A DNA stretch of 47,283 nt from Ignavibacteriaceae bacterium (GTDB lineage: Bacteria; Bacteroidota; Ignavibacteria; Ignavibacteriales; Ignavibacteriaceae), in the NCBI GenBank assembly GCA_025449775.1, contig JANWIS010000066.1, forward strand, positions 1-47,283, given 5' to 3'. This document shows positions 30,179-42,313 of the stretch, piece after piece. A program made the translations under genes and the position numbers. Each line of letters opens with the position of its first letter. The stretch's first letter is position 1. A model generated the notes under the pieces. It saw only the letters and a program-made list of their open reading frames with translations, had not been told where the DNA came from and did not search any database.

Positions 30179-30523
30179 TTATACTTTTTTTGCTACAACT
30201 ATTGTTAGATGACAGGATCTTTTTCTAATCTTGTACGCTCTTCCCATCGGTGCCGGTGAAATTCTTTTCAAAGTCGGACCTACATTTACAAATGCTTCTT
30301 TTACAAAAAGCTCTGATGGTTCAACCCTAGCTGCATCATCTTTGTTAATAAGATTGGATACAGCTGACCTTAAAGTTTTTTCAGCATTCTTGGATGAGTG
30401 CTTCGGAGAAAAGTGGAGTATTTCAAGTGCTTTATCCACTGATGCGCCTCGGATTAAATCAATAACCAATCTCATTTTTCTTGGTGATGATTCTATAAAT
30501 CTATTTACTGCTCTTGCTTCCAT
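30179..30523 (-). CDS. rplV: 50S ribosomal protein L22
   Basis: SPRKMRLVIDLIRGASVDKALEIL..RAYKIRKRSCHLTIV. Confidence 0.96.
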   Translation of the reverse strand: MEARAVNRFIESSPRKMRLVIDLIRGASVDKALEILHFSPKHSSKNAEKTLRSAVSNLINKDDAARVEPSELFVKEAFVNVGPTLKRISPAPMGRAYKIRKRSCHLTIVVAKKV

Positions 30524-30542
30524 TAAAATTACTCTAAATTAA

Positions 30543-30845
30543 TTACTCAGCTTTGGCTGCTGCTGCTGTTGATGCTTTTTCTGATTTTGTTCCCGGGTGA
30601 CCTCTGAAAATTCTTGTCGGTGCAAATTCACCCAGCTTATGACCAACCATATTCTCAGTAATAAAAATCGGGATCATTTTATTTCCATTATGAACTGCAA
30701 TTGTATGACCAACAAAATCCGGTGTGATCAGTGATGCGCGTGACCATGTTTTAATTATTCTTTTCTGATTTTTATTGTTAAGCTCTTTGATTTTCTGAGC
30801 AAGCTTAAAATGAATATATGGTCCTTTCTTTACAGAACGTGGCAT
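30543..30845 (-). CDS. rpsS: 30S ribosomal protein S19
   Basis: [35 protein letters not shown]. Confidence 0.96.
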   Translation of the reverse strand: MPRSVKKGPYIHFKLAQKIKELNNKNQKRIIKTWSRASLITPDFVGHTIAVHNGNKMIPIFITENMVGHKLGEFAPTRIFRGHPGTKSEKASTAAAAKAE

Positions 30846-30854
30846 AAGCTCAAC

Positions 30855-31682
30855 CTATTTTTTTCTTCTTTTTATTATGTACTTGTTTGATTGATTTTTT
30901 CTCTTTCTGGTTTTCAGTCCTTTCGATTTCTGCCCCCATGGAGAAACTGGATGTCCGCCTCCGGAAGTTTTACCTTCACCGCCACCCATTGGATGATCAA
31001 CGGGATTCATTGCAACACCTCTTACATAAGATCTTCTTCCAAGCCATCTTGATCTTCCAGCTTTACCAAGACTTATATTTTCATGCTCTGAATTTCCAAC
31101 CTGACCATAAGTTGCCATGCATTCCTGGTTTATCATTCTAACTTCGCCGGAAGGCATTCTTAACTGGGCATATTTTCCTTCTTTAGCCATCAGCTGTAAC
31201 GCGCATCCTGCACTTCTGCCGAACTGCCCGCCTTTCCCTGGTTTTAATTCAACATTGTGAACAAAACTTCCTAACGGCATTTCTTTAAGTGGCAAAGAAT
31301 TTCCGAGCGCAATTTCACTACCAGTTCCTGAAGAAATTTTATCTCCAACCTTCAAACCATTCGGAGCTATTATATATCTCTTCTCACCATCCGAATAATG
31401 CAGCAATGCAATTCTTGATGATCTATTCGGATCATATTCAATTGAAAAAACTTGAGCCGGAATTCCATGTTTGTCTCTTTTAAAATCTATTATCCGGTAT
31501 CTTCTTTTATGACCACCACCAATATGCCTGGAGGTTATTCTCCCAAGATTATTTCTTCCGCCGGATTTTCTTAAAGCAACAGTCAGATTTTTTTCGGGAG
31601 TTGACTTTGTAATTTCTTCGAAAGTGTAGTCGCTTTTAAATCTGGTTCCTGGTGTTACCGGCTTTAATTTTTTTATTCCCAT
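30855..31682 (-). CDS. rplB: 50S ribosomal protein L2
   Basis: [30 protein letters not shown]. Confidence 0.97.
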   Translation of the reverse strand: MGIKKLKPVTPGTRFKSDYTFEEITKSTPEKNLTVALRKSGGRNNLGRITSRHIGGGHKRRYRIIDFKRDKHGIPAQVFSIEYDPNRSSRIALLHYSDGEKRYIIAPNGLKVGDKISSGTGSEIALGNSLPLKEMPLGSFVHNVELKPGKGGQFGRSAGCALQLMAKEGKYAQLRMPSGEVRMINQECMATYGQVGNSEHENISLGKAGRSRWLGRRSYVRGVAMNPVDHPMGGGEGKTSGGGHPVSPWGQKSKGLKTRKRKNQSNKYIIKRRKK

Positions 31683-31703
31683 TTAATTACCTGTTTCAAA
31701 AAA

Positions 31704-31997
31704 CTATACTTCTTCAAACATTTCTATTTTTTCGCCCTGCTTCAAAGTAACGATAGCTTTTTTAAATTTTGCTGTCGTTCCGACGAATCTTCCTCTTTTT
31801 CTAAGCTGAGTTTTTGTTTTCCCGTGATGGTTAATTGTTTTAATATCGGTTACATGAACGTTAAATTTTGCTTCAATTGCTTTTGCAATCTGAATTTTGT
31901 TTGCTTTTGGATTTACCAGAAATCCATACTTACCTTTATCAGCAGTTATGTTCGTCATTTTCTCTGTTATCAGCGGACTAATTAATATCTGGTGCAT
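31704..31997 (-). CDS. rplW: 50S ribosomal protein L23
   Basis: ISPLITEKMTNI..KANKIQIAKAIEAKFNVHV. Confidence 0.95.
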   Translation of the reverse strand: MHQILISPLITEKMTNITADKGKYGFLVNPKANKIQIAKAIEAKFNVHVTDIKTINHHGKTKTQLRKRGRFVGTTAKFKKAIVTLKQGEKIEMFEEV

Positions 31998-31998
31998 A

Positions 31999-32646
31999 TC
32001 AGTTTACCGTCTTTTCATTTTCTTTGAATGTATTCATTATCGCTTCAACAGCACTATGCTGTAAAATAAGAAGCTGATTGTTCAGGATATGATAAGTTGA
32101 AGCTTTACTCGCTTCAAGAACATTTACTTTATTAATATTTCTTCCTGACTTGTACACATTTATATCACTCTTACCCGTTAAAAGCAGAGTCTTTTTGCCA
32201 TTGGCTTTTAATGCATCAAGGATTGAAATAAATTCTTTAGTCTTTGGTTTCTCAAATGAAAAATCTTCAACTACAATTATCTGTTCATCTTTAACTTTAT
32301 AACTGAAAGCTGATTTACGAGCAAGCTGTTTTACTTTCTGTGGTAATTTCTGTCTATAATCTCTCGGACGAGGACCAAATATAGTTCCGCCGCCTATCCA
32401 TAATGGAGAACGGATCGTACCTGCTCTTGCAGTACCTCTTCCTTTCTGTCTCCATGGTTTTTTACCTCCGCCTCTAACTTCGGATCTTTCTTTTGATTTG
32501 TGCGTTCCCTGTCTCTGGTTTGCAAGAAATGCTTTTACAGAAAGATAGATTGCATGATCGTTGGGCTGAATGCCGAATATATGCTCAGCAAGCTTAATTT
32601 TTTTGCCGGATGGCTTACCGTCAATTTTTAAAATTTCTAAGGTCAT
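31999..32646 (-). CDS. rplD: 50S ribosomal protein L4
   Basis: RGGGKKPWRQKGRGTARAGTIRSPLWIGGG. Confidence 0.96.
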   Translation of the reverse strand: MTLEILKIDGKPSGKKIKLAEHIFGIQPNDHAIYLSVKAFLANQRQGTHKSKERSEVRGGGKKPWRQKGRGTARAGTIRSPLWIGGGTIFGPRPRDYRQKLPQKVKQLARKSAFSYKVKDEQIIVVEDFSFEKPKTKEFISILDALKANGKKTLLLTGKSDINVYKSGRNINKVNVLEASKASTYHILNNQLLILQHSAVEAIMNTFKENEKTVN

Positions 32647-32659
32647 AATAACTCGGATT

Positions 32660-33283
32660 TTAAATCTTTATCAATTCAACAACTGAATTTATAGCACCGG
32701 GAACAGCACCTTTAATCATAATCAGATTATCATCTTCGATAATCTTTACAACTTTTAGATTCCTCACTGTTACATTTTCAAAACCTTTTCTACCTGCCAT
32801 TCTCTGTCCTTTAAAAACTCTTGATGGAAAAGAACTCGCACCGATAGAACCCGGAGCTCTTAACCGATCGCTTTGACCGTGAGTTGTTCCACCAACTCCA
32901 CCAAAATTATGGCGTTTCATTACACCCTGGAATCCTTTTCCTTTACTCTTCGCTCTTACTTTAATTTTTTCACCAACGCTGAACAGGTTCACCTTTATCT
33001 CATCACCTACTTTAACTGTTTCAACATCAAAGCCTTTAAATTCTCTGAGTTTTTTCAGCGGTGTTAAATTATTTTTTTTGTATTGACCTAACACAGGTTT
33101 GGTTACATGTTTTTCTTTCTTCTCTTCAAATCCAATTACTAAAGAACTGTAGCCGTCTTTTTTATTATCTCGTACTGCAACAACTTTACAGGGACCTGCC
33201 TGAATAACGGTAACAGGTACTAAATCACCTTCAGCATTAAATATGCTTGTCATTCCTATTTTTTTCCCTAACATACCAGACAT
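32660..33283 (-). CDS. rplC: 50S ribosomal protein L3
   Basis: MSGMLGKKIGMTSIF..GKGFQGVMKRHNFGG. Confidence 0.96.
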   Translation of the reverse strand: MSGMLGKKIGMTSIFNAEGDLVPVTVIQAGPCKVVAVRDNKKDGYSSLVIGFEEKKEKHVTKPVLGQYKKNNLTPLKKLREFKGFDVETVKVGDEIKVNLFSVGEKIKVRAKSKGKGFQGVMKRHNFGGVGGTTHGQSDRLRAPGSIGASSFPSRVFKGQRMAGRKGFENVTVRNLKVVKIIEDDNLIMIKGAVPGAINSVVELIKI

Positions 33284-33300
33284 GTCAAATCCCGATTAAA

Positions 33301-33609
33301 TTAAAGTTTAATTTCTATATCAACACCCGCCGGAATATCAAGCTTGCTTAATGAATCGACAGTTTTGTTATTTGAATTATGAATATCTATAATTCTTTTA
33401 TGAGCTCTTGTTTCAAATTGCTCACGTGATTTTTTATCAACGTGAGGAGATCTGAGAACAGTGTAAATTGTTTTCTTCGTTGGCAAGGGAATCGGTCCTG
33501 AAACTACTGCACCAGTACTTCTTACTGTTTTGATAATTTTTTCAGTAGACTTATCAATCAGTATATGATCATACGATTTCAGCTTTATTCTTATTTTCTG
33601 ACCCGCCAC
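33301..33609 (-). CDS. rpsJ: 30S ribosomal protein S10
   Basis: [49 protein letters not shown] start. Confidence 0.96.
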   Translation of the reverse strand: MAGQKIRIKLKSYDHILIDKSTEKIIKTVRSTGAVVSGPIPLPTKKTIYTVLRSPHVDKKSREQFETRAHKRIIDIHNSNNKTVDSLSKLDIPAGVDIEIKL

Positions 33610-33630
33610 TTAAGAGCTCCTTTAGTTAAG

Positions 33631-33662
33631 CACAAATGAAAAGGGAGATTCAGTTCCCTTCC
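33631..33662 (-). terminator. Hairpin plus T-rich tract between tuf and rpsJ (terminator or attenuator)
   Basis: Minus strand: AAGGGAA-CUGAAU-CUCCCUU followed by TTCATTTGTG. Sits 19 nt after the tuf stop. Confidence 0.5.
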
Positions 33663-33680
33663 AAAAAGAATTATTAATAA

Positions 33681-34889
33681 TTATTTATAAATTTTTCCTA
33701 CTCCGCCTGCACCAACAGTTCTGCCGCCTTCACGAATTGCAAATCTCAATCCTTCTTCCATAGCAATTTCTGAAATCAATTCAACTTTAAGTTTTACATT
33801 ATCACCCGGCATAACCATTTCTGTTCCTTCAGGTAATGTTGCAACACCAGTTACATCTGTTGTTCTGAAATAGAACTGTGGTCTGTAACCATTGAAGAAT
33901 GGTGTATGTCTTCCACCTTCATCTTTTGAAAGTACGTAAACTGTTCCTTCAAATATTGTATGAGGAGTAATTGAACCGGTCTTAGCCAGAACCATTCCTC
34001 TTTCAATTTCTTCTTTGTCAACACCTCTCAGCAAGATTCCAGCATTATCACCTGCGATAGCAGAATCAAGTTCTTTTCTGAACATCTCTATACCAGTGAT
34101 AACTGTTTTCTTATGTATTCCTAATCCAATAAGCTCAACTTCTTCCTGAAGTTTTACTGATCCTCTTTCAACTCTGCCAGTTGCAACTGTTCCTCTTCCC
34201 GTAATTGAAAAGACGTCTTCAACCGGCATTAAGAATGGTTTTGCTGTTTCTCTTTCTGGAATCGGAATATAATTATCGACAGAGTCCATCAACTTCCAGA
34301 TACATTCCAATCTTGGATCATCAACTTTTGTATCCTTGCTTGATGCAGCCTCAAGTGCCTTTAATGCAGAACCTTGAATGATAGGAATATCATTCCCAGG
34401 AAATTCGTATGAATTTAATAAATCTCTCAACTCGACTTCAACTAATTCCAGAAGTTCCGGGTCATCAACCATATCTACTTTATTCATGAATACAACAATT
34501 TTAGGAACACCAACCTGTCGTGCAAGGAGAATATGTTCTCTTGTTTGAGGCATAGGACCATCTGTAGCTGCAACAACGAGAATCGCACCATCCATTTGTG
34601 CTGCACCTGTGATCATATTTTTTACATAGTCAGCATGTCCTGGACAATCTACGTGAGCGTAGTGTCTTTTTTCAGTTGAATATTCAACGTGTGCAGTTGC
34701 TATTGTAATTCCTCTTTCTCTCTCTTCGGGTGCATTATCAATACTATCGAATGTTCTGATTTCCGATAAGCCCTTCTTATTGAGAGACATTGTGATGGCA
34801 GCAGTTAAGGTTGTTTTACCATGATCGACGTGACCAATTGTTCCAACGTTAACGTGCGGCTTACTCCTGTCAAATTTTTCTTTTGCCAT
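33681..34889 (-). CDS. tuf: Elongation factor Tu
   Basis: [33 protein letters not shown]. 402 aa. Confidence 0.98.
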   Translation of the reverse strand: MAKEKFDRSKPHVNVGTIGHVDHGKTTLTAAITMSLNKKGLSEIRTFDSIDNAPEERERGITIATAHVEYSTEKRHYAHVDCPGHADYVKNMITGAAQMDGAILVVAATDGPMPQTREHILLARQVGVPKIVVFMNKVDMVDDPELLELVEVELRDLLNSYEFPGNDIPIIQGSALKALEAASSKDTKVDDPRLECIWKLMDSVDNYIPIPERETAKPFLMPVEDVFSITGRGTVATGRVERGSVKLQEEVELIGLGIHKKTVITGIEMFRKELDSAIAGDNAGILLRGVDKEEIERGMVLAKTGSITPHTIFEGTVYVLSKDEGGRHTPFFNGYRPQFYFRTTDVTGVATLPEGTEMVMPGDNVKLKVELISEIAMEEGLRFAIREGGRTVGAGGVGKIYK

Positions 34890-34936
34890 CGGTTTCTCCT
34901 TTTAGTTTTTTCCTTTAATTGTTAATTCTAATTTAA

Positions 34937-37036
34937 TTAAGCAGTTGCTGCTGATTTTTTTCCTAATGATTTTTCAGCTATTTCCTCTGCAATAGCTTGA
35001 GGAACTTGCTGATAATGATCAAACTGCATTGTGTAAATTGCTCTGCCCTGAGTCATTGATCTGAGCACGGTTGCATAGCCAAACATTTCTGAAAGTGGTA
35101 CGACTGATTTAACTACCTGTGCATCTTTCCTTGCTGTAAATCCTTCAATCTTTCCTCTGCGTGAATTTAAATCTCCCATAACATCGCCTAAATAATCCTC
35201 TGGTGTAACAACTTCTACAGACATGATCGGTTCAAGTAAAATCGGTGAAGCCTTCCGACATCCGCTTTTAAATGCCATTGAACCGGCAACTTTAAAAGAT
35301 ATTTCGTCAGAATCGACATCGTGATACGAACCATCGAACAATTTTGCTTTTATATCAACAACTGGGAATCCTGCAACTACACCATTCCGCATAGCTTCCT
35401 GAATGCCTGCAGAAACTGCAGGTATATATTCTTTTGGTACGGTTCCGCCTACTATGGCATTAGTAAATTCAAAACCTTTGCCCGGTTCATTTGGAGATAA
35501 TTCAATTTCAACATGACCGTATTTACCACGACCACCGGATTGTTTAATAAATTTACCTTCGACTTCAACTGTGTCTTTAATCGTTTCTCTGTATGCAACC
35601 TGCGGCTTACCAATATTTGCTTCGACTTTAAATTCTCTTTTCATCCTGTCAACAAGAATTTCGAGATGAAGTTCTCCCATACCGCTTATTAATGTCTGAC
35701 TGGTTTCCTGGTCAACGTGAACTCTGAAAGTCGGATCTTCATCAGAAAGTTTTGCCAGAGCTTCTGATAATTTATCCTGGTCAGCTTTTGTTTTCGGTTC
35801 AATTGCAATCTGAATAACCGGTTCTGGAAAAGTCATTTTCTCCATGATGATAGGTTCGTTTTCAGTACAAAGTGTATCACCGGTCCTTGTATACTTTAAT
35901 CCAACTGCTGCAGCTATATCTCCTGCTCTAACTTCAGTTATATCTTCACGATGATTTGCATGCATCTGCAACAACCTGCCAATACGTTCCTTCTTCTGAC
36001 TTACAGAATTATAAACGTATGAACCAGCTTTTAATACACCAGCGTAAACACGAAAGAAACATAATTTTCCTACAAAAGGGTCATTCATAATTTTAAATGC
36101 AAGAGCAACAAATTTTTCTTTCTCATCAATTTTTCTGGTAACCTTATCATTGATTCCAACATGATGAGCTTCAATTTCTTTAAAATCAATCGGAGATGGT
36201 AATAAATCAATTACATAATCAAGTAATCTCTGAACACCTTTATTTTTAAATGCTGATCCACAAAGAACAGGAATTATCTTGGATTCAATTGTTGCTTTGC
36301 GAAGCACTTTAAGAATTTCTTCAGGAGTAATCTCTTTACCTTCAAGATATTTTTCCAGAAGTGTATCATCAACATCAGAAACAGCTTCGAGCATTTTTGT
36401 TCTGTATTGATTTGCTTTTTCCTTTAAATCATGCGGGATTGGAATCTCATCGAATGTAGCACCGAAAGTTTCTTCGTGATACATTCTTGCATTAAAATGA
36501 ATAAGATCAATAACACCGGAGAACAAATCGCCTTCACCGATAGGTAAGTTAATCGGAACTGCATTTGCACCAAGCCTGTCCTTCATCATTTGTAATGCAT
36601 TATAAAAGTCGGCTCCAATCCTATCCATTTTATTCACGAAAGCAATTCTGGGCACACCATATTTATCTGCCTGTCTCCAAACAGTCTCAGATTGTGGTTC
36701 AACTCCGCCAACAGCACAGAACAATGCGACCGCTCCGTCTAATACTCTAAGCGATCTTTCAACTTCAACCGTAAAATCAACGTGACCAGGTGTATCAATA
36801 ATATTTATCTGGTGATCGTTCCAAAAACAAGTTGTTGCAGCACTAGTGATGGTAATTCCACGTTCTTTTTCCTGTTCCATCCAATCCATAACTGCAGCAC
36901 CATCATGAACTTCACCTAAACGATGCACTTTACCAGTATAGAAAAGAATTCTTTCTGTTGTTGTGGTTTTACCTGCGTCTATGTGCGCCATTATCCCTAT
37001 GTTTCTAACACGATCTATATTTAATTTCTGATTCAT
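34937..37036 (-). CDS. fusA: Elongation factor G
   Basis: [25 protein letters not shown]. 699 aa. Confidence 0.98.
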   Translation of the reverse strand: MNQKLNIDRVRNIGIMAHIDAGKTTTTERILFYTGKVHRLGEVHDGAAVMDWMEQEKERGITITSAATTCFWNDHQINIIDTPGHVDFTVEVERSLRVLDGAVALFCAVGGVEPQSETVWRQADKYGVPRIAFVNKMDRIGADFYNALQMMKDRLGANAVPINLPIGEGDLFSGVIDLIHFNARMYHEETFGATFDEIPIPHDLKEKANQYRTKMLEAVSDVDDTLLEKYLEGKEITPEEILKVLRKATIESKIIPVLCGSAFKNKGVQRLLDYVIDLLPSPIDFKEIEAHHVGINDKVTRKIDEKEKFVALAFKIMNDPFVGKLCFFRVYAGVLKAGSYVYNSVSQKKERIGRLLQMHANHREDITEVRAGDIAAAVGLKYTRTGDTLCTENEPIIMEKMTFPEPVIQIAIEPKTKADQDKLSEALAKLSDEDPTFRVHVDQETSQTLISGMGELHLEILVDRMKREFKVEANIGKPQVAYRETIKDTVEVEGKFIKQSGGRGKYGHVEIELSPNEPGKGFEFTNAIVGGTVPKEYIPAVSAGIQEAMRNGVVAGFPVVDIKAKLFDGSYHDVDSDEISFKVAGSMAFKSGCRKASPILLEPIMSVEVVTPEDYLGDVMGDLNSRRGKIEGFTARKDAQVVKSVVPLSEMFGYATVLRSMTQGRAIYTMQFDHYQQVPQAIAEEIAEKSLGKKSAATA

Positions 37037-37054
37037 ATCTTTATATTAATCCTT

Positions 37055-37522
37055 TTACCATTTAAAGTGTGCAAAAGCTTTATTCGCTTCAGCCATCTTA
37101 TGTGTATCGTCTTTCTTTTTTACTGCAGAACCTTCATTATTGGATGCTGAAATAAGTTCTTGTGCAAGTTTTTGAGCCATTGTTTTTTCGCCTCGTTGGC
37201 TTGCATATGTTTTTATCCATCTCATCGCTAATGCAATTCTCCGTTCAGGTCTAACTTCACTAGGCACTTGATATGTAGCACCACCGACTCTTCTACTTCT
37301 TACTTCAATTATAGGTTGAACATTGGATAATGCCTGCTTGAAAGTTTCCAAACCTGTTTTTTTTGTTTTCCCTTCAATAATATCAAAAGCACCGTAGATT
37401 ATTTTTCTTGCAGCAGATTTCTTACCATCATTCATCAGCACATTGGTGAATTTGGCAACTGCCATATCATTAAATTTCGGATCAGGTTTTATATATTTTT
37501 TTTCTGTTCTTCTTTTTCTCAT
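37055..37522 (-). CDS. rpsG: 30S ribosomal protein S7
   Basis: [36 protein letters not shown]. Confidence 0.97.
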   Translation of the reverse strand: MRKRRTEKKYIKPDPKFNDMAVAKFTNVLMNDGKKSAARKIIYGAFDIIEGKTKKTGLETFKQALSNVQPIIEVRSRRVGGATYQVPSEVRPERRIALAMRWIKTYASQRGEKTMAQKLAQELISASNNEGSAVKKKDDTHKMAEANKAFAHFKW

Positions 37523-37528
37523 AATTAT

Positions 37529-37903
37529 TTAAGATTTTGGCTTCTTAGCTCCATATTTTGATCTTCCTTTTTTTCTATCTTCAACTCCGCTTGTATCAAG
37601 TGTACCACGGATTATGTGATACCGTACACCTGGTAAGTCTTTAACTCTTCCGCCTCTAATAAGCACAATTGAATGTTCTTGCAAATTGTGACCTTCACCT
37701 GGAATGTAAGCAGTAACTTCAATCTGATTTGTCAACCGTACTCTTGCAACTTTTCTTAATGCAGAATTAGGTTTCTTAGGAGTTGTAGTATAAACACGTG
37801 TACAAACTCCACGTTTCTGCGGACATGCATCTAATGCCGGTGCTTTATTTTTTGATAATATCCGAACCCGTCCTTTTCGAACGAGCTGATTGATTGTCGG
37901 CAA
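37529..37903 (-). CDS. rpsL: 30S ribosomal protein S12
   Basis: [35 protein letters not shown] start preceded by TAGGAG. Confidence 0.97.
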   Translation of the reverse strand: MPTINQLVRKGRVRILSKNKAPALDACPQKRGVCTRVYTTTPKKPNSALRKVARVRLTNQIEVTAYIPGEGHNLQEHSIVLIRGGRVKDLPGVRYHIIRGTLDTSGVEDRKKGRSKYGAKKPKS

Positions 37904-37945
37904 CCTATTCTCCTAAAATTAATTCAATTAAAAAAATTCAGACTT

Positions 37946-37974
37946 CAAATATACTTGTTGAGGTCAATTAAGTC
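37946..37974 (-). promoter_or_regulatory. Candidate sigma-70-type promoter of the rpsL (str) operon
   Basis: Minus strand TTGACT (37974-37969), 17-nt spacer, TATATT (37951-37946). Lies about 45 nt upstream of the rpsL start. Confidence 0.55.
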
Positions 37975-38001
37975 AAGAAATTCTAATACTCTAGAGGAAG
38001 T

Positions 38002-41000
38002 TTAACTCCCAATATTTTCCTCTACTTTAACTACATTCTCTGCTGTTTCAACTGTTGTTTCTGACTCATTTTTTAGAAGTACGCTTTTATACTTCTTAAG
38101 CCCAGTTCCTGCAGGAATTAAATGCCCCATCACAATGTTTTCCTTTAACCCAACAAGCCGATCGATTTTTGCTTGAATCGCTGCATTTGCAAGAACTTTA
38201 GTAGTTTCCTGGAAAGATGCTGCTGAAAGGAAACTTTCAGTGGATAATGCTGCCTGTGTTATCCCAAGAAGTACATGTTCGAAAGTTGCGGACATTGTAT
38301 CTCGCTCATCTATCTGCTTCTTTTCCTTCTTTTTAAGTTCAGCATTAATCTCTCTTAACTTTGCTTTAGGAATCATCTGTCCATTTTTAAGCCTGGAATC
38401 ACCCTTATCTTCAACAATTACCATATTCGCCATTTTGTTGTTCTCTTCAATAAAGTCAATTCTATCTGCGAGGTCTTCTTCCAGGAATCTTGTATCACCC
38501 GGTGAAACTACTTTAACTTTCTGAAGCATTTGTCTTACTATAACTTCAATATGTTTATCATTTATTTTTACACCCTGAAGACGGTAAACATCCTGTATTT
38601 CGTTTACAAGGTATTCCTGCACTGCACTCGTTCCTTTTATTCTCAGGATATCATGTGGATTCATTGGTCCATCAGTTATTTTTTCACCGGCAGGAATATC
38701 ATCACCTTCCTGAACAAGGATATGTTTACCTAAAGGAACACCATATTTCTTTTCATCAGAACCATCGAGAGCAACAACCGCTATTTCCCTCGAACCTTTT
38801 TTTCTTCCACCGAATTTGACTATACCTTCGATGTCGGAAACTATCGCTGGATCTTGAGGACTTCTTGCTTCAAAGAGTTCAGTTACTCTGGGCAAACCAC
38901 CCGTAATATCTCTGGTCTTTGTAGCTTGTTTTGAAATTTTTGCCAAGACAGTTCCAGCTGTTACTGATTCACCTTCTTCAACTGCCAAGTATGATCTTGT
39001 AGGCAAGTTGAATGATTTTTTCTCACCTGATTCGGACACTATAATAATACTTGGTGTAAGTGTTTTATCTTTTGAATCAATTACAACTTTTTGGACGTGA
39101 CCTGTTTGTTCGTCGGTTACCTGTTTCAGAGTTGAGCCATCAATAAGATCTACAAATCCAACTTTACCTAAAATATCTGTTATAATTAATGCGTTGTAAG
39201 GATCGTGATGATAAAGTGGTGTATTTTTATTGACCTTAGTACCTTCATCCACTGTCAGTTCAGCACCATAAGGAACATCATACTTTTTCAGTTGACGATT
39301 ATTTTCGTCATAAATTCCGATTGCACCTCGTCTGCCTGTTACAACTTTTACTTTTTGTCCTGAACCTGCAAACGGATCCTGGTTTATCTTTTCAACAAAC
39401 GAAATTTTTTCAAACCTTGCTATACCTTCAATGTTTGTTTCAACTTGTGATTGGGTTGCAATTCTTGAAGAAGTACCACCAAGGTGAAAAGTTCTCAATG
39501 TAAGCTGTGTTCCTGGTTCACCGATTGATTGAGCAGCAACAATTCCGACTGCTTCACCTACTTCAACAATTTTACTGGTAGTCAGATTTCTGCCGTAACA
39601 CTTAGCACAAACACCTTTCTTTGATTCACAAGTTAAAACTGTCCGGATATAAACTGAATCGATGTTTGCATCTTCAATCCTCTCAGCAATTTCTTCAGTG
39701 ATCATTTCCCCGGCTTCAATAATAAGCTCTTCACTAATCGGATGATACACTTCTTCCTGAACAACTCTTCCTGTAATACGTTCTGCTAATGGTTCTCTTT
39801 CCTGTTCAACATCTTTCAATGCTTTTATTTCAATACCCAGAATTGTTCCGCAATCAATTTCAGTTATAATAACATCCTGCGAAACATCCACTAATCTTCT
39901 TGTAAGATAACCGGCATCTGCTGTTTTTAATGCAGTGTCAGCCAAACCTTTTCTTGCACCGTGTGTTGATATGAAATATTCAAGCACGGTTAATCCTTCT
40001 TTGAAGTTAGCAACGATCGGGTTTTCAATAATTTCACCAGCTTGTCCTGATAGTGTTTTCTGAGGTTTCATCATTAGTCCTCTCATACCTGCAAGCTGTC
40101 TTACCTGTTCCTGTGAACCTCTTGCACCTGAATCAACCATCATATGAAGTGAATTGAAACCATTATCAACGCGTTTAATTTTTTCCATAAGTGCACGGGC
40201 AACATCATTGGTCGTGTGTGTCCAAACGTCTATTATTTTGTTATATCTTTCTGCATCTGTAATAACACCTTGCTCGTGTTCGTTAAGTATCCCATCAACT
40301 TTTTTATTCGCTTTAGAAATTAAATTTTCTTTTTCTTCAGGTACAACCATGTCTGCAAAGCTCACAGATAAACCGCCTTCGCTTGCAAATTTAAATCCGA
40401 GATCTTTAAGATCATCCAGAAACTTTGCTGTTACTTTATTACCAAGCTGGATGTACATCTTTCCAATTATTCCGCCGAATACTTTTTTGATAAGCAACTG
40501 GTTGATGAATCCCATTTCTTTTGGAAGGATTTGATTGAAAAGAACTCTACCGGTTGTAGTGTCAATAAAATTACCATCAATTTTTACTTTAATTTTTGCA
40601 TGTAAACCAACTGCTTTGTTATCATAAGCCATAATAACTTCTTCGGGTGAATAAAACTTCATACCTTCACCCTTATCACCATCTTTAAACTTTGTCAGAT
40701 AGTAACAGCCAAGCACTATATCCTGGGTCGGAACAACAATCGGACTTCCGTTCTGCGGTGAAAGAATATTATGACTGCTGAGCATTAATATAGAAACCTC
40801 CAACTGTGCTTCGTAAGATAACGGAACGTGAACAGCCATTTGGTCGCCGTCAAAGTCAGCATTAAAAGCTGTGCAAACCATCGGGTGTAACTGGATTGCT
40901 CTGTCATCAATCAGAATTGGTTGAAATGCCTGAATACCTAATCGATGCAATGTTGGAGCTCTGTTCAGCATTACCGGATGTCCCTGAATAATTTTTTCAA

Positions 41001-42267
41001 GAATATCCCATATCATCGGATCTTTTCTGTCAACAACTTTACGTGCGCTCTTTACAGTTTTATTATGACCTCTTTCAATCAGCTTTCTGATAAGGAAAGG
41101 TTTAAACAATTCAACAGCAATATCTTTTGGAAGACCGCATTGGTGTAATTTCAATTCCGGTCCAACAACAATTACAGAACGAGCAGAGTAGTCAACTCTC
41201 TTACCTAATAAGTTCTGACGAAATCTTCCCTGCTTGCCTTTAAGCATATCACTGAGTGATTTGAGTGGACGATTATTATCACTTCTTACAGCACTGCCTC
41301 TTCTGGAATTATCAAACAAGGCATCAACTGCTTCCTGAAGCATTCTTTTTTCGTTTCTAAGAATTACTTCCGGAGCTTTAATATCAATTAATCTTTTTAA
41401 ACGGTTGTTACGAATAATGACTCTTCTATAAAGATCATTCAAATCGCTTGTTGCAAACCTTCCGCCTTCCAATGGAACAAGCGGTCTGAGTTCCGGAGGA
41501 ATAACTGGTATATAGTTGAGAACCATCCACTCAGGTTTGTTTTCTACTTTTGTATTTTCAGATTTAAAAGCTTCAATCACACGAAGTCTTTTTAGAAGAT
41601 CGGCTTTCTTCTGCTGAGATGTTTCAACTTTTACCTGCTCACGTAATACATCTGAGAGTTCTTCAACATTTGTATTTTTTAAAATAGTTTTTACAGCATC
41701 ACCGCCGATTTTCGCTATGAATTTATCGGGATGTGAATTTTCAATTCGTTGATTCTCTGCAGGCAATGAACTCATCACTTCAAAATATTGATCTTCGGAA
41801 ATCAGGTCGCCTTTATTCAATCCTGTCGGACCCGGATTCAAAACAATATACGATTCATAGTAAATAACTTTTTCTAATTCTTTAAGACTAAGTCCAATGA
41901 TGTTTCCAATCTTTGATGGCTGCGCTCTGAAAAACCAAATATGAACAACAGGTACAGCAAGTCCGATATGTCCCATTCTTTCACGACGAACACTTTTTTG
42001 TGTTACTTCAACACCGCATCGGTCGCATATAATTCCTTTGTACCGTATCCTTTTATACTTTCCGCAGAAACACTCCCAATCGCGTGTTGGACCGAATATT
42101 TTTTCGCAGAACAATCCGTCTTTTTCAGGACGGAAAGATCTATAGTTGATGGTTTCAGGTTTAGTAACCTCACCATACGATCTGGATAATATGTCATCAG
42201 GACTGGCAAGACTAATAGTTATACTATCAATATCCATCATTGCATGTTCTTGAATTCTGAAAGCCAT
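38002..42267 (-). CDS. rpoC: DNA-directed RNA polymerase subunit beta'
   Basis: 1421 aa. Zinc motif [20 protein letters not shown] and catalytic [12 protein letters not shown]. Confidence 0.98.
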   Translation of the reverse strand: MAFRIQEHAMMDIDSITISLASPDDILSRSYGEVTKPETINYRSFRPEKDGLFCEKIFGPTRDWECFCGKYKRIRYKGIICDRCGVEVTQKSVRRERMGHIGLAVPVVHIWFFRAQPSKIGNIIGLSLKELEKVIYYESYIVLNPGPTGLNKGDLISEDQYFEVMSSLPAENQRIENSHPDKFIAKIGGDAVKTILKNTNVEELSDVLREQVKVETSQQKKADLLKRLRVIEAFKSENTKVENKPEWMVLNYIPVIPPELRPLVPLEGGRFATSDLNDLYRRVIIRNNRLKRLIDIKAPEVILRNEKRMLQEAVDALFDNSRRGSAVRSDNNRPLKSLSDMLKGKQGRFRQNLLGKRVDYSARSVIVVGPELKLHQCGLPKDIAVELFKPFLIRKLIERGHNKTVKSARKVVDRKDPMIWDILEKIIQGHPVMLNRAPTLHRLGIQAFQPILIDDRAIQLHPMVCTAFNADFDGDQMAVHVPLSYEAQLEVSILMLSSHNILSPQNGSPIVVPTQDIVLGCYYLTKFKDGDKGEGMKFYSPEEVIMAYDNKAVGLHAKIKVKIDGNFIDTTTGRVLFNQILPKEMGFINQLLIKKVFGGIIGKMYIQLGNKVTAKFLDDLKDLGFKFASEGGLSVSFADMVVPEEKENLISKANKKVDGILNEHEQGVITDAERYNKIIDVWTHTTNDVARALMEKIKRVDNGFNSLHMMVDSGARGSQEQVRQLAGMRGLMMKPQKTLSGQAGEIIENPIVANFKEGLTVLEYFISTHGARKGLADTALKTADAGYLTRRLVDVSQDVIITEIDCGTILGIEIKALKDVEQEREPLAERITGRVVQEEVYHPISEELIIEAGEMITEEIAERIEDANIDSVYIRTVLTCESKKGVCAKCYGRNLTTSKIVEVGEAVGIVAAQSIGEPGTQLTLRTFHLGGTSSRIATQSQVETNIEGIARFEKISFVEKINQDPFAGSGQKVKVVTGRRGAIGIYDENNRQLKKYDVPYGAELTVDEGTKVNKNTPLYHHDPYNALIITDILGKVGFVDLIDGSTLKQVTDEQTGHVQKVVIDSKDKTLTPSIIIVSESGEKKSFNLPTRSYLAVEEGESVTAGTVLAKISKQATKTRDITGGLPRVTELFEARSPQDPAIVSDIEGIVKFGGRKKGSREIAVVALDGSDEKKYGVPLGKHILVQEGDDIPAGEKITDGPMNPHDILRIKGTSAVQEYLVNEIQDVYRLQGVKINDKHIEVIVRQMLQKVKVVSPGDTRFLEEDLADRIDFIEENNKMANMVIVEDKGDSRLKNGQMIPKAKLREINAELKKKEKKQIDERDTMSATFEHVLLGITQAALSTESFLSAASFQETTKVLANAAIQAKIDRLVGLKENIVMGHLIPAGTGLKKYKSVLLKNESETTVETAENVVKVEENIGS

Positions 42268-42313
42268 ATTTTATCTCCTAAATTCTCTTAAAAATTATTA
42301 CAAATAATTTTTG

